A DNA stretch of 64,000 nt. Source: an uncultured delta proteobacterium (lineage in GTDB: Bacteria; Desulfobacterota; Binatia; Binatales; Binataceae). Within the stretch, counting starts at the first letter, position 1. Each line of letters opens with the position of its first letter. The stretch spans positions 1,312,001-1,376,000 of the forward strand of contig CAVRVY010000003.1 of assembly GCA_963724765.1 (NCBI GenBank). The letters are read 5' to 3'. The translations under genes were made by a program, and so were the position numbers. The notes under the pieces were generated by a model. The model was not told where the DNA came from. It searched no databases and saw only the letters and a list, made by a program, of their open reading frames with translations. This document shows positions 49,208 to 58,969 of this stretch, piece by piece.

Positions 49208-49516
49208 ATGGAAACAATGAGACGTTGTTGTGCAGCGATTCTTCTTGTCGGCTGGTGCCTGATCGCTCCGCCGATGTACGAAAACTACAACTCCAAGCAC
49301 AAGCTTCTCTCGACGCGCGCCTACGTCAATGCGCCGCTCCCGGCGTGGACCAACTTCGGCACTTATCCGACTCGCGAAAAGTGCGAAGCGCAGAGACACA
49401 ACAATTTTGATGACGCGGTCAAGGCGGGTCCGGGCACGGACGCGCGAAGCAAGGCGCTATGGGAAAGCTCGCGCAACGCGATGTGCGTGTCGGCGGCCGA
49501 TCCGCGCCTCAAGTAG
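49208..49516 (+). CDS. Small secreted hypothetical protein
   Basis: Hydrophobic N-terminus, GWCLIAPP, APLPAW, CE...CVSAADPRLK. Confidence 0.65.
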   Translation: METMRRCCAAILLVGWCLIAPPMYENYNSKHKLLSTRAYVNAPLPAWTNFGTYPTREKCEAQRHNNFDDAVKAGPGTDARSKALWESSRNAMCVSAADPRLK

Positions 49517-49542
49517 TGAGCGTCGTTATGTAAATGACGCTC

Positions 49543-50679
49543 CTACTTCGATCGCGAGGGCAGACGCACGACACCCTTCGCGCGCACTGACAATTCACCG
49601 TCCTGGTTGGTCGCGGTCTGCGCGATCTCAGCGTAGTGCGCGGCGTCTTCGGAGAAAACGCGCGTCACCTCGCCGTTGATGTAGAGCGTATCGCCAACCG
49701 GATTGTGGCGGCGTATCTCGACTGACAGATGGCGCAGAAACCCGGCGTCGCCCATCCAGTTGGTCAACTGATGCGACATCCAGGAGCATCGTTCCGGCCC
49801 GTAGTCGTATGCCGCCGGCGTTCCGACCAGCGTTGCGAGGTCGTCCTCCCAGTGCACGCGTTCGGGGACGTCGGGGATGCCGAACTTGTTGGGGATGCCC
49901 ACGCCGGGATGCTTGCGCAGTTGTTTCCACGCGAGCTTGTTGGCGCGGATGTAGAGCCCGCCCCATCCCTGTGCGAACGCGATAAAGCCGGTGACCGTCA
50001 TCGGCCCCTTCGCCATCGTCTGGAGTTTGTCGGCCGCCTTCACGTCTTCGATATAACGCGGATTGGCGCCGCGGATTTCCTCGGCTTCGTAGAGCGCGAA
50101 AATTTTCGTCAGATCGTCGCGCGAGTAATGGACCGGTTCCTTCTTTTTGACCTCGTCGTACTTGGTGCCGCGCTCGCGCGCGGTGTCGCGCTCGGTGCGA
50201 AAGCACCAGCTATCGCCCTCCGCGACCATCTCGCCGCGTTGATTGTAAAACTCGCAGCGATAGATCTGCTGGATCGCGCGGCCGGCGAAACGGGTCTGAT
50301 GCTCGACCAGTTCCTTGAGCCACGCCTTGGTCGTGAACTGGTCACCGAGCAGCATCGGGCGATGCCATACGGTGTCGATGCCGGCGAACATCGCATGCAC
50401 GCCCGGCAGGCCGCCCACGTAGCCGCTGAACGAGCGGTTGAGCGCGAAAATAAACGAGGGCGGCGCTGCGGCGCGTCCGTGCGCCTTCGCCGCGTAGTCC
50501 GGCTCGCACCACAGCGGATTGTCGTCGCCGATGCCGTGGGCCCAGTGGCGGATGTTGTCGCGCGACGCTTCGTAGCACCACGGCTCGAGCGAATCCTCGA
50601 TTGGCACGCCGAGGAGTTTGCGCAGGTCGGCGAGGCTCTTGTCGGTGATCAGCGAAAATCGCTGCTGGGGTTCCGCCAT
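49543..50679 (-). CDS. Double hot-dog MaoC-like dehydratase
   Basis: IRHWAHGIGDDNPLW, APPSF, second domain with VHW and GDTL; AGGAG RBS. Confidence 0.8.
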   Translation of the reverse strand: MAEPQQRFSLITDKSLADLRKLLGVPIEDSLEPWCYEASRDNIRHWAHGIGDDNPLWCEPDYAAKAHGRAAAPPSFIFALNRSFSGYVGGLPGVHAMFAGIDTVWHRPMLLGDQFTTKAWLKELVEHQTRFAGRAIQQIYRCEFYNQRGEMVAEGDSWCFRTERDTARERGTKYDEVKKKEPVHYSRDDLTKIFALYEAEEIRGANPRYIEDVKAADKLQTMAKGPMTVTGFIAFAQGWGGLYIRANKLAWKQLRKHPGVGIPNKFGIPDVPERVHWEDDLATLVGTPAAYDYGPERCSWMSHQLTNWMGDAGFLRHLSVEIRRHNPVGDTLYINGEVTRVFSEDAAHYAEIAQTATNQDGELSVRAKGVVRLPSRSK

Positions 50680-50779
50680 GAATGAATCACTCCTCTTATC
50701 GTTATCGCTCTGACATCTTCGCTGATCTTCGTGCGATTGCTCAAACGTCTCTCACGCCGGCTCGCAAACTGCGACGCCG

Positions 50780-50866
50780 TTTAACTCGGGCGGCCACTTT
50801 GCCCCGATGGCAGAGCCCGCTAAGCTGATCGAGGATATCCGCGCGTTTTTCCGTCTGCTGCGCTAG
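50780..50866 (+). pseudogene. Epoxide hydrolase C-terminal relic
   Basis: FNSGGHFAPMAEPAKLIEDIRAFFRLLR* resembles the GGHFA..E.P....DIR.FF terminus; rest of gene missing. Confidence 0.65.
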
Positions 50867-50883
50867 ACGCGCGCGTTTGCCAA

Positions 50884-51675
50884 TTGACCAGTCCAAATCC
50901 GCCGCCCCGTCATCGTCCGCCCCGACAGCCACGTCGTGCCACGGCGCATCCGAAGCAACGGCGCGGGCACAAACCGCTCGGCGACGGCCGTCCGCTTCAT
51001 CTGATCTTCGACGCCGACGACACCCTGTGGGACTCCAACATCCATTTCCTCGAAGCCGAAGCGCGCTTCGTCGCCGAACTGGTTGCGGCGCAGGCGGGCG
51101 CAACTGAGGCGGTGCGCGCGGCGATTCGCCGGCGCGAACTGGAAATCATCAAGAGCCATGGCTACGGGCGCGAGCCGTTCGTGGTGCTGATGCGGATGGT
51201 CGCGGCAGAACTTGCGCCTCGAGGTGCGCGCGAGACCCTCGGCGCCGCGATCGAACGGATTGCTGCGCATTTCCTCGAGCGCGAATGCGAGTTGCTGCCC
51301 GACGTCGAGCCGACGCTCGTCGAACTTGCCGCGCGCCATCACCTGACACTGTTTACCAAGGGCCAGCCGCGCGAGCAGTTGCGCAAGCTTGAGCGCTCAG
51401 GGTTGCGGCGCCACTTCAGCCACGTCGAGGTGCCGGCCGAGAAGGACGAAGCCGCGTACCGACGGCTGGTCGAGGCGGCGGCGCTCGACCGCACCCGCGC
51501 TTTTATGATCGGAAACAGTCCCCGCTCGGATATCAACCCGGCGCTGCGCGCGGGCCTGCGCGCGATCTTCATCCCGCATCCCCATACCTGGGAGCTGGAG
51601 CACGAAGAGGTCGACCTGACCGACGAACGTGTCACCGTGATCGCCAACTTTCGCATCCTGCGCGAAATATTCTAG
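50884..51675 (+). CDS. HAD family hydrolase
   Basis: FDADDTLW, TKG, EK, MIGNSPRSDI. Confidence 0.88.
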   Translation: MTSPNPPPRHRPPRQPRRATAHPKQRRGHKPLGDGRPLHLIFDADDTLWDSNIHFLEAEARFVAELVAAQAGATEAVRAAIRRRELEIIKSHGYGREPFVVLMRMVAAELAPRGARETLGAAIERIAAHFLERECELLPDVEPTLVELAARHHLTLFTKGQPREQLRKLERSGLRRHFSHVEVPAEKDEAAYRRLVEAAALDRTRAFMIGNSPRSDINPALRAGLRAIFIPHPHTWELEHEEVDLTDERVTVIANFRILREIF

Positions 51676-51676
51676 A

Positions 51677-52681
51677 ATGACCGTTCTGATGGCGAAGGCT
51701 GATTCTACCGCGAGCGTATTTGAAACCCAGGCTGCCAGAGAGCGGCCGCGGCGTGTGCGCCGCGCCAAGCCTCCGATTGCGCTCCGCCCGCTCCATCGCA
51801 TCTGGCGCCGCACGCTCGATGAAATCGACGTCACGCGTATTCGGCTCCCGGTGCGCGGTCTGCCCGCGGCGCTGGAGGGCATGGTCGCCTGCCAGTTGAG
51901 CGATCTGCACGTCGATCGCGACGAGGACCTCGAGCGCCTGGTGCTGGCGGTCGCCGCGGTCAACGCGCAGCAGCCCGACCTGGTGTTCCTGACCGGCGAC
52001 TACTTCACCGGGCCGGAGACGATGCGCCGTTATCTTGCGGGATTTCGCGAGGCGGTAAGCGCGCTCAAGTCACGCTTGGGTGTTTTCGCGGTCGCCGGCA
52101 ATCACGACCATTGGTCTTCGGTCGAGCGGATCACCGGGGCGCTCGAGCAGGCCGGCGCGCGCATGCTCGCCAACGAAAGCCATCGCCTGCACGTCCGCGG
52201 CGAGTCGCTGGCGGTGGTCGGAATCGACGACCTGTGGTCGCGGCGCGCCGAACCCTCACGCGCCTTTGCGCAGGTGCGCCCGGACGAATGCACGATCGTG
52301 CTCGCGCACAACCCGGACACCGCGCTCTACGCGCGCCATCTCAAGCCGGGCGTCATGCTCTCGGGGCATACGCACGGCGGCGTGGTGCGGTTGCCGTTCT
52401 ACGGCTCGCCGCTCAAGCTGCTCCGGATTGGCAAACAATTTTACGCGGGGCTGAATCGCTATCGCGAATTCTACATCTACACCAATCGCGGTCTGGGCAC
52501 GTATTGGCTGAGAATCAGGATTAACTGCCGTCCTGAGGTTTCGCGCTTTCACCTGACGCCGCTCGGCGACGCGGCTCACGGCGTTCCCGATACGCCGGTC
52601 CAATCCTCCGGCGCAACTGACGCGCATGCCGCCGCGCCGGCGCGGCCGCGGCGCCGCCGGGTCCGCCGCCGGCGCGCGTAG
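51677..52681 (+). CDS. Metallophosphoesterase (YkuE-like)
   Basis: DLH, GD, GNHD, HNPD, GHTHGG, NRGLG. Confidence 0.9.
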   Translation: MTVLMAKADSTASVFETQAARERPRRVRRAKPPIALRPLHRIWRRTLDEIDVTRIRLPVRGLPAALEGMVACQLSDLHVDRDEDLERLVLAVAAVNAQQPDLVFLTGDYFTGPETMRRYLAGFREAVSALKSRLGVFAVAGNHDHWSSVERITGALEQAGARMLANESHRLHVRGESLAVVGIDDLWSRRAEPSRAFAQVRPDECTIVLAHNPDTALYARHLKPGVMLSGHTHGGVVRLPFYGSPLKLLRIGKQFYAGLNRYREFYIYTNRGLGTYWLRIRINCRPEVSRFHLTPLGDAAHGVPDTPVQSSGATDAHAAAPARPRRRRVRRRRA

Positions 52682-52778
52682 CCTTCACTCGTCGCCGCGG
52701 ACGCGCGGTCAGGCCAGCGAGTCTCCAAGTGAACATCAACCTGAGCATCTGAACCGCGAGTATTTGACGAGCATTTAG

Positions 52779-53690
52779 ATGGACCGCATCACTGTCGCGA
52801 TCGCGGGCGGTTCGGGCTTTATCGGCCGGGCGATCGTGCGGCGGCTGGGCGACACGGCCCGGGTGCGGGTGCTGACGCGCAATCCCGACGCAGTGCGCGC
52901 GCGCCTGGCCGGAACCGGAGCCGAGTTCGTCCGCGCCGACGTGACCGACGCGGCCTCGCTGGAGGCGGCGATGGCCGGGGCGCAGGTCGCGATCAACGCG
53001 GCGCAGTTCGACGGCTATCCGATCGAGAATCCCCGCCGCGGCCTGACCTTCGAGCGTGTCGACTACGGTGGCACGGTCGCGATGATCGCGGCGGCGCGCA
53101 AGACCGGCGTCGGGCGCATCATCTATATAAGCGGCGCGGCGGCCGACGAGCAGAGCCGCCAGCCGGGCTTTCGCGCCAAGGGCCGCGCCGAGCGCGCGAT
53201 CCGCGAATCCGGTCTCGAATTCACCATCTTCCGCCCCGCGCTGGTCTACGGCGCCGACGACCGCGTGACCAACCTGCTGGCGCGCGCGATCAGGTACGCG
53301 CCGATTTTCGCGATTCCCGGCACCGGCAAGCAAGTGGTGCAGCCGGTCGCGGTCGACGACCTTGCCGCGTGCGTCGCGATGGCGGTTTCGGGGCGCGGGC
53401 GCAATGCCACCTTTGCGATTGGCGGGCCGGAGCCGATGAACTTCGATGAATTGGTCCAACTGATGATGGAGTTAAGCGGCCATCGCCGGCCCATCGTGCA
53501 TGTGCCGCAGGCGTTGATGCGTGTGGCTGGGATGCTGGGTGAGATGCTGCCGCGGCCGGTCTTCTCGCGCGACGCGGTCGATTTCCTGGTCGCCGACAAT
53601 CCGTGCGACAACGGCCCGCTGATGGCGGAGTTCGGAATTCGCCTGACTTCCGCGCGTGCCGGGATGTCTTACCTCAAACCGAAGTCGTGA
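52779..53690 (+). CDS. NDUFA9-like atypical SDR / NAD-dependent epimerase
   Basis: GGSGFIG, FRPALVYG, QPVAVDD, GGPE. Confidence 0.85.
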   Translation: MDRITVAIAGGSGFIGRAIVRRLGDTARVRVLTRNPDAVRARLAGTGAEFVRADVTDAASLEAAMAGAQVAINAAQFDGYPIENPRRGLTFERVDYGGTVAMIAAARKTGVGRIIYISGAAADEQSRQPGFRAKGRAERAIRESGLEFTIFRPALVYGADDRVTNLLARAIRYAPIFAIPGTGKQVVQPVAVDDLAACVAMAVSGRGRNATFAIGGPEPMNFDELVQLMMELSGHRRPIVHVPQALMRVAGMLGEMLPRPVFSRDAVDFLVADNPCDNGPLMAEFGIRLTSARAGMSYLKPKS

Positions 53691-53720
53691 CTATTGCTGC
53701 CATCAGAGCTGTGCCCCAAT

Positions 53721-54638
53721 CTACGCGGCGCGGCGCCAGCCGGCGCCCTCGTGGCCGAATTGAAACAGCTCCGGATGGAGTATCTCGGCGAGGATTTCCA
53801 GTGACTCCGCAATCCGCGGACCTGGCCGGTTGAAATACTGGCTGCCCTCGGCGACGAACACGCGGCCCTCACGCACCGCGCACATCGAGGCCCATCCGGG
53901 ACGCTTCGCCAGCGCAGGCAGTTCCTCCATCGTGTGCCGCATGTTGAAGCCGCACGGCGCGACCAGCACGACATCGGGGTCGGCGGCGAGCAGCGCGTCA
54001 AATTCGAGCCGTCCCGAGTGCTCGCCGGCGCGGCCGAAGAGGTTGCGGCCCCCCGCCATCTCGACCATCTCTGGCATCCAGTTGCCCGCCGACATCAGCG
54101 GGTCGAGCCATTCGATGCAGGCGAGCGTGGGGCGCGTGGCGGCCCGGCGCGCGCGCGCCGCGACCGCATCCATCCGGGCCATCAGCCGCCCGACCAACTC
54201 AGCGCCGCGCACGGGTTCGCCCAGGGCGCGGGCGACGCGTTCGATGTCGGCGAAGATGTCCGCGAGTCCGTAGGGCGCGAGCGAGACGATTTGCGGGCGC
54301 GCGCCGAGCCAGTTTCCGACCGCGTCTTCGACGTCGCGCTCGCTGACCGCGCATACCTCACACTGCGACTGGGTGACGATAACATCAGGGGCCAGCTCGC
54401 GGAGCTTTTGCGCGTCGACGCGGTAGACCGAGAGGGCCTCGCCGACGATGCGGCGCACCTCGCGGTCGACCTCGGCGCTGGGGCGGTCTGGATTGAACTT
54501 GGGCTCGGTAAGTGCGGGCAGCCGCGTGACCGCGGCCGGATAGTCGCACTCGTGCGAGCGGCCGATCAGCTGGGACTCGAAGCCCAGCGCGCAGACGATT
54601 TCGGTCGCGCTGGGAAGAAGGCTGACGATTCGATGCAC
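53721..54638 (-). CDS. Second BtuF/TroA-like binding protein
   Basis: RIVSLLPSATE, SHECDYP, QCEVCAV, YFNRPGPR; no clear signal peptide. Confidence 0.8.
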   Translation of the reverse strand: MHRIVSLLPSATEIVCALGFESQLIGRSHECDYPAAVTRLPALTEPKFNPDRPSAEVDREVRRIVGEALSVYRVDAQKLRELAPDVIVTQSQCEVCAVSERDVEDAVGNWLGARPQIVSLAPYGLADIFADIERVARALGEPVRGAELVGRLMARMDAVAARARRAATRPTLACIEWLDPLMSAGNWMPEMVEMAGGRNLFGRAGEHSGRLEFDALLAADPDVVLVAPCGFNMRHTMEELPALAKRPGWASMCAVREGRVFVAEGSQYFNRPGPRIAESLEILAEILHPELFQFGHEGAGWRRAA

Positions 54639-54802
54639 GCGGGGCTCCTTACCTCTGGGCGATAGCGTCAGATTACTGCCCGCGGTGCCGCCTGTCATCA
54701 CGGCGCGAGGCATTCCCGCGCCATTGGCGTGATCGGCGGATGCGCGCTATAGAACGGGCAAAGGATCGAAAAGCGGCGTGTCCGCGAAGGGAGGATCGAA
54801 CA

Positions 54803-55474
54803 ATGCTCCACGTACACTATTTCATCACGCGCAAGGCCTCGATGAACGATGCGGAGTTCCATCGGTACTGGCGCGAGACCCACGGGCCGATCGCGGCCAA
54901 AATTCCGCAACTCCATCGCTATGTGCAAAGCCATCGCATCACCGCCTTTGGCTCCAACTCGCCCTACGACGGCGAGGCCGAGGTGCTGATCGACGGACTC
55001 GACGCGATGGCTGCGCTCCGGCAGAGCCCCGAATATATCGGGGGCGCGCTGGCCGACGAGCGCAACTTCATCGATCTGACGCGCGTCGAGTGGATGGTGA
55101 CGCGCGACCACCTGGTGCTCGACGGGCCGACCGGCGGCAAGCTGGTCAAAGGCGTGTGGCAACTCGTGATCAAGCCCGGGATGGCGCTCGAGGACTTCCG
55201 CAAGTACTGGCTCGAAGTGCACGGACCGATGGCGCTCAAGCTGCCGGGGTTGCGCCGCTACGTGCAGTCGCATCTGATCGACGAGGCCTATCTCTACGCC
55301 ACACCGCGTTTCGATGGCGTCGCGCAGCTATGGTTCGACAGCGTCGAGGCGTTCGCCGCAGCCTTTGCGTCGCCGGCCGGGAATGATCTGTTGGCCGACG
55401 GCCGCGTGTTTATCGACGCGCCCCGGATGACATTCTTCATGGCGCAGGAGCATATCCAGATCGCGTCACGCTGA
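54803..55474 (+). CDS. Tandem EthD-domain protein
   Basis: Two repeats of F..YW...HGP....PGL.RYVQSH...DG.A; GGAGG RBS. Confidence 0.85.
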   Translation: MLHVHYFITRKASMNDAEFHRYWRETHGPIAAKIPQLHRYVQSHRITAFGSNSPYDGEAEVLIDGLDAMAALRQSPEYIGGALADERNFIDLTRVEWMVTRDHLVLDGPTGGKLVKGVWQLVIKPGMALEDFRKYWLEVHGPMALKLPGLRRYVQSHLIDEAYLYATPRFDGVAQLWFDSVEAFAAAFASPAGNDLLADGRVFIDAPRMTFFMAQEHIQIASR

Positions 55475-55516
55475 GTCCGGCGGTCGTATCAAGCTGAATT
55501 TCCGGAGGTACTTAAG

Positions 55517-56278
55517 ATGTCAGGGTTACTGGAAGGCAAAGTCGCATTGATAACCGGCGCCGCGAGCGGGATCGGCCGCGCCACCGCGATCGCGGCTGCG
55601 CGCGAGGGCGCGAAAGTGCTGGTGGTCGACGCGGTCGCGGCCGGTGAAGATACGGTCAAGACCATAAAGCAGGCGGGCGGCGAGGCCGCCTTCCACAAGT
55701 GCGACGTGACAAGCGCCGCCGAGGTCGAAGCGACGGTCGCAGCCGCGGTCAAAATCTTCGGCCGCCTGGACTGCGCGCACAACAACGCCGGCATCATCGG
55801 CAAGACGCTGCGCACCGCTGACGACACCGAGGAAAACTTCGACCGCATCATCGCCGTCGACCTCAAGGGCGTGTGGCTGTGCATGAAGTACGAGATCCTG
55901 CAGATGCTCGAGCAGGGCGCGCGCGGCGCGATCGTCAACACCGCTTCGGCCGCCGGGCTGGTCGGATCGCATGGGCAGCCGGCCTATACCGCGGCGAAAC
56001 ATGGCGTGGTCGGACTGACCAAGGTGGCGGCGCTCGAGTACGCGCGCCACGACATCCGCGTCAATGCCGTCTGCCCCGGAGTGATCGACACCGCGATGGT
56101 GGCCGAGATGGTGACGGGCCATCCGCGCCTGCGCGACCGTCTGATCTCGGTCGAGCCGATCAGAAGGATGGGCAAGCCGGAGGAAATCGGCGAGGCGGTG
56201 GTATGGCTGATGTCGGACCACGCGTCGTTCGTGACCGGCGCGTCACTGCCGGTCGACGGCGCCATGACTGCGCAATAG
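55517..56278 (+). CDS. Short-chain dehydrogenase/reductase
   Basis: TGAASGIG, NNAG, YTAAK. Confidence 0.92.
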   Translation: MSGLLEGKVALITGAASGIGRATAIAAAREGAKVLVVDAVAAGEDTVKTIKQAGGEAAFHKCDVTSAAEVEATVAAAVKIFGRLDCAHNNAGIIGKTLRTADDTEENFDRIIAVDLKGVWLCMKYEILQMLEQGARGAIVNTASAAGLVGSHGQPAYTAAKHGVVGLTKVAALEYARHDIRVNAVCPGVIDTAMVAEMVTGHPRLRDRLISVEPIRRMGKPEEIGEAVVWLMSDHASFVTGASLPVDGAMTAQ

Positions 56279-56336
56279 TATGACCGTGCAATAGCCACGA
56301 CTACGCAGTATTCATGACTGAGTAACCAGGGAGTGC

Positions 56337-57092
56337 ATGATGAACCGGCTGAAGGGCAAGAATACGATTATCACAGGGGCGGCGGGCGGCCAGGGACGAG
56401 TCGCCTGCCGGATGTTCGCCGAAGAGGGCGCGCGGATTGTAGCCAGCGACGTAAGTCCGGGCGTCGCGCAGGAAATCGAAGCGCTCGCGCCCGGCGCGAT
56501 CACCTACGTCGCGGTCGACGTGACCAAGGCGGACGGAATCCGGACGATTATCGACGGCGCGCTGAAAGCGTTCGGCGGGCGAATCGACGTGCTCTACAAC
56601 AACCACGGTGTGATCCTGGGTAAGCCGTTTCTCGAAACCACGCCCGAGGAATGGGACCGGGTGCATGACGTCGATCTGAAGTCAGTCTACTTCCTGAGCC
56701 AGCGGGCAGTGCCGGCGATGCGCGGGGGCTCTTCGATCATCAATATCTCATCGGTCGGCGGGCTGGTTGCGATGCAGAACATGTCGGCCTACTCGGCGGC
56801 CAAGGGCGGAGTGGCGATGCTAACCAAGGGCATGGCGCTTGACCTGAGCCCGCGCGGAATCCGGGTCAATGCGATCGCACCGGGTGCGATCGACACGCCG
56901 ATGCCGCACAACTTCATCAAGGACCTGCCCGACAGGGAGGGGATCTGGGCCGCGATCGAAGAGCGTCACATGATGAAGCGGTTTGGGCAGCCGCACGAGG
57001 TTGTCGCGCTGGCGGTGTTCCTGGCCAGCGACGAATCGAGTTTCATGACCGGCAGCGTGGTGACGCTCGACGGCGGCTGGAGCGCGTTCTAG
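56337..57092 (+). CDS. Short-chain dehydrogenase/reductase
   Basis: TGAAGGQG, NNHG, YSAAK. Confidence 0.9.
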   Translation: MMNRLKGKNTIITGAAGGQGRVACRMFAEEGARIVASDVSPGVAQEIEALAPGAITYVAVDVTKADGIRTIIDGALKAFGGRIDVLYNNHGVILGKPFLETTPEEWDRVHDVDLKSVYFLSQRAVPAMRGGSSIINISSVGGLVAMQNMSAYSAAKGGVAMLTKGMALDLSPRGIRVNAIAPGAIDTPMPHNFIKDLPDREGIWAAIEERHMMKRFGQPHEVVALAVFLASDESSFMTGSVVTLDGGWSAF

Positions 57093-57110
57093 TTCGCGGC
57101 GGTGACGCGC

Positions 57111-58235
57111 TCAGCCCGGGAGCGAAAAGCCGTAGACTCGCGCGCAATTCTCGCGCACGATCTTTCGCCGGTCGGCTTCCGGAAGCGAGGCGAAATCGCG
57201 CGCGAGCACTTCCATTGTGTGTGGCCAGGTCGCGGCCTGATGCGGATAGTCGGTCGACCACATGAAATTATCCGCGCCCAGGTAGCTGTAGATCTTGAGT
57301 CCCAGCGGATCATCGATAAAGGTCGCGAACACCTGGCGGCGGAAATACTCACTGGGCTTGAGCGATAGTACAGTTCCGTAGCCCTGCTTGAAGCGGCGGT
57401 AATACTTGTCGGCGCGCTCGAGCAGATGCGGAACCCACGCAATGTCGTTTTCCGCCGATACGATCTTCAGTTCCGGAAAGCGCTCGAACACCCCGCCGAA
57501 GATCATCGAGCAGATCGAATGCTGGGCCTCCTGCGTGCGGATGACCATCCGCGCGTAAAGCTCCCCAATATCCGATTCGTCCTGCTGCGCGGCCTTGGTC
57601 CTGCCGGTCAGGGTGTGTAGCGAGAGCGGCATCTTCAGTTCCTGCGCGGTGGCCCAGAACGGATCGTAGGCGTGATGCGTGTAGGAGCGATCCTCGGGCG
57701 GCGCGGCCCAGATGAGTGCGCCCTTGAGCCCCATTTTCGCGCAGCGTTCGAGTTCGCGGCGCGCACGGTCGACATCGAACAGCGAAATCATCGCGAGGCC
57801 GGCGAACCTGCCCGGCGCGTAGCTGCAGAACTCCGCGAGCCAGTCGTTATAGACGCGGAAACAGTCTTCCTGGAATTCGACGTCTTCGATCCAGAACAGA
57901 ACAAAGCCCATCGTGGTGTAGAGCACCGCCGCTTCCACCCCGTCCAGCTCCATGTCTTTCAAGCGCTCCGCCGGATCCCATCCGCCCGCCGGCGCGCTGT
58001 CGAGTCCGGCCTCGAGGAATTTTTTGTCGAAGGTCTTGCCCGCGGCGAAGGCGCCCGAGACGCGCAGCGGCGGCAATTGCTCGCAGGTGAAGAACAAGCC
58101 CTTGCGCCCGTCCGGGTCCTTTACGATTCGCGGCGCGCGGTCGCGAAAGCGCTTGTCGAGCCCCTTGGTCCAAAGGTCCGGCGGCTCGAGCATGTGCGCG
58201 TCGGCGTCGATTATCTTGAGCGTTTCCATCGGCAA
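57111..58235 (-). CDS. Amidohydrolase family protein (Amidohydro_2)
   Basis: DADAH, SLH, FERFPELK, WSTDYPH. Confidence 0.9.
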   Translation of the reverse strand: MPMETLKIIDADAHMLEPPDLWTKGLDKRFRDRAPRIVKDPDGRKGLFFTCEQLPPLRVSGAFAAGKTFDKKFLEAGLDSAPAGGWDPAERLKDMELDGVEAAVLYTTMGFVLFWIEDVEFQEDCFRVYNDWLAEFCSYAPGRFAGLAMISLFDVDRARRELERCAKMGLKGALIWAAPPEDRSYTHHAYDPFWATAQELKMPLSLHTLTGRTKAAQQDESDIGELYARMVIRTQEAQHSICSMIFGGVFERFPELKIVSAENDIAWVPHLLERADKYYRRFKQGYGTVLSLKPSEYFRRQVFATFIDDPLGLKIYSYLGADNFMWSTDYPHQAATWPHTMEVLARDFASLPEADRRKIVRENCARVYGFSLPG

Positions 58236-58292
58236 TTGTTCGCTTTGAGCCTTCGCGATTGAGGTTTTGCAGTATTCGCGGAGACGCGCGCG

Positions 58293-58835
58293 CTAGAGTT
58301 CCAGTTCGATCACGCGGCGATCGCGCTTTTTGAGATCGAGGAATTCGATATACGGGCGCGCGCTGGGCGCCTTTTCAGTGCCCACTTCCGTCTCGAGGTC
58401 GGTGGTGCCTTCACCGGGATTTTTGCGCGTGACATTGATGAACTGGCATTCCGCGCCGAGCGCGACCACGTTGTGCCAGGTACCCTTGTCGATGAATGCG
58501 GCCTGGCCCGGCTCGATGATGAAAGCCGCCAGCCGCTCGTAAGCCACCTCAAATCGCTCGTGCCCCTGCTCGCGGTTGCGCGGCGGGGGCGCCACAATCA
58601 AGGCCATCGATCCGCGCACTGGAATGAAGGTCTGATTGTATGAAAAGTGCACCGCCATCTGCGACAACCGGCGCGGATTCACCGGCCGCTTGAGCGTCAA
58701 CAGTTCGATCGCCACCCGTCCCTCGCCGGGGGCGACCTCGGGATAGACCGGCTCCTTGTTTTCGAGCATCCGGCCGAAGGGCCGGAACGCCTCGGCCGTG
58801 ATCGGCTCTACCTTTACCTTGATCGTTTCTTCCAT
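58293..58835 (-). CDS. Ureidoglycolate lyase (AllA)-like cupin
   Basis: EPITAEAFRPFG, H...QTFIP, GTWH. Confidence 0.7.
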   Translation of the reverse strand: MEETIKVKVEPITAEAFRPFGRMLENKEPVYPEVAPGEGRVAIELLTLKRPVNPRRLSQMAVHFSYNQTFIPVRGSMALIVAPPPRNREQGHERFEVAYERLAAFIIEPGQAAFIDKGTWHNVVALGAECQFINVTRKNPGEGTTDLETEVGTEKAPSARPYIEFLDLKKRDRRVIELEL

Positions 58836-58969
58836 CGGGGTTCTGCCCTCCGCGACCGGTGCGCCGCGCGGCATCGCAGGCAAATCATTGGCCGGCGTGT
58901 CGTTCAGATGTCTAGCAACTCCAAATTGGTTTGACAACGAACGCTGCGCTGGCGCATACGTCGGAACTA

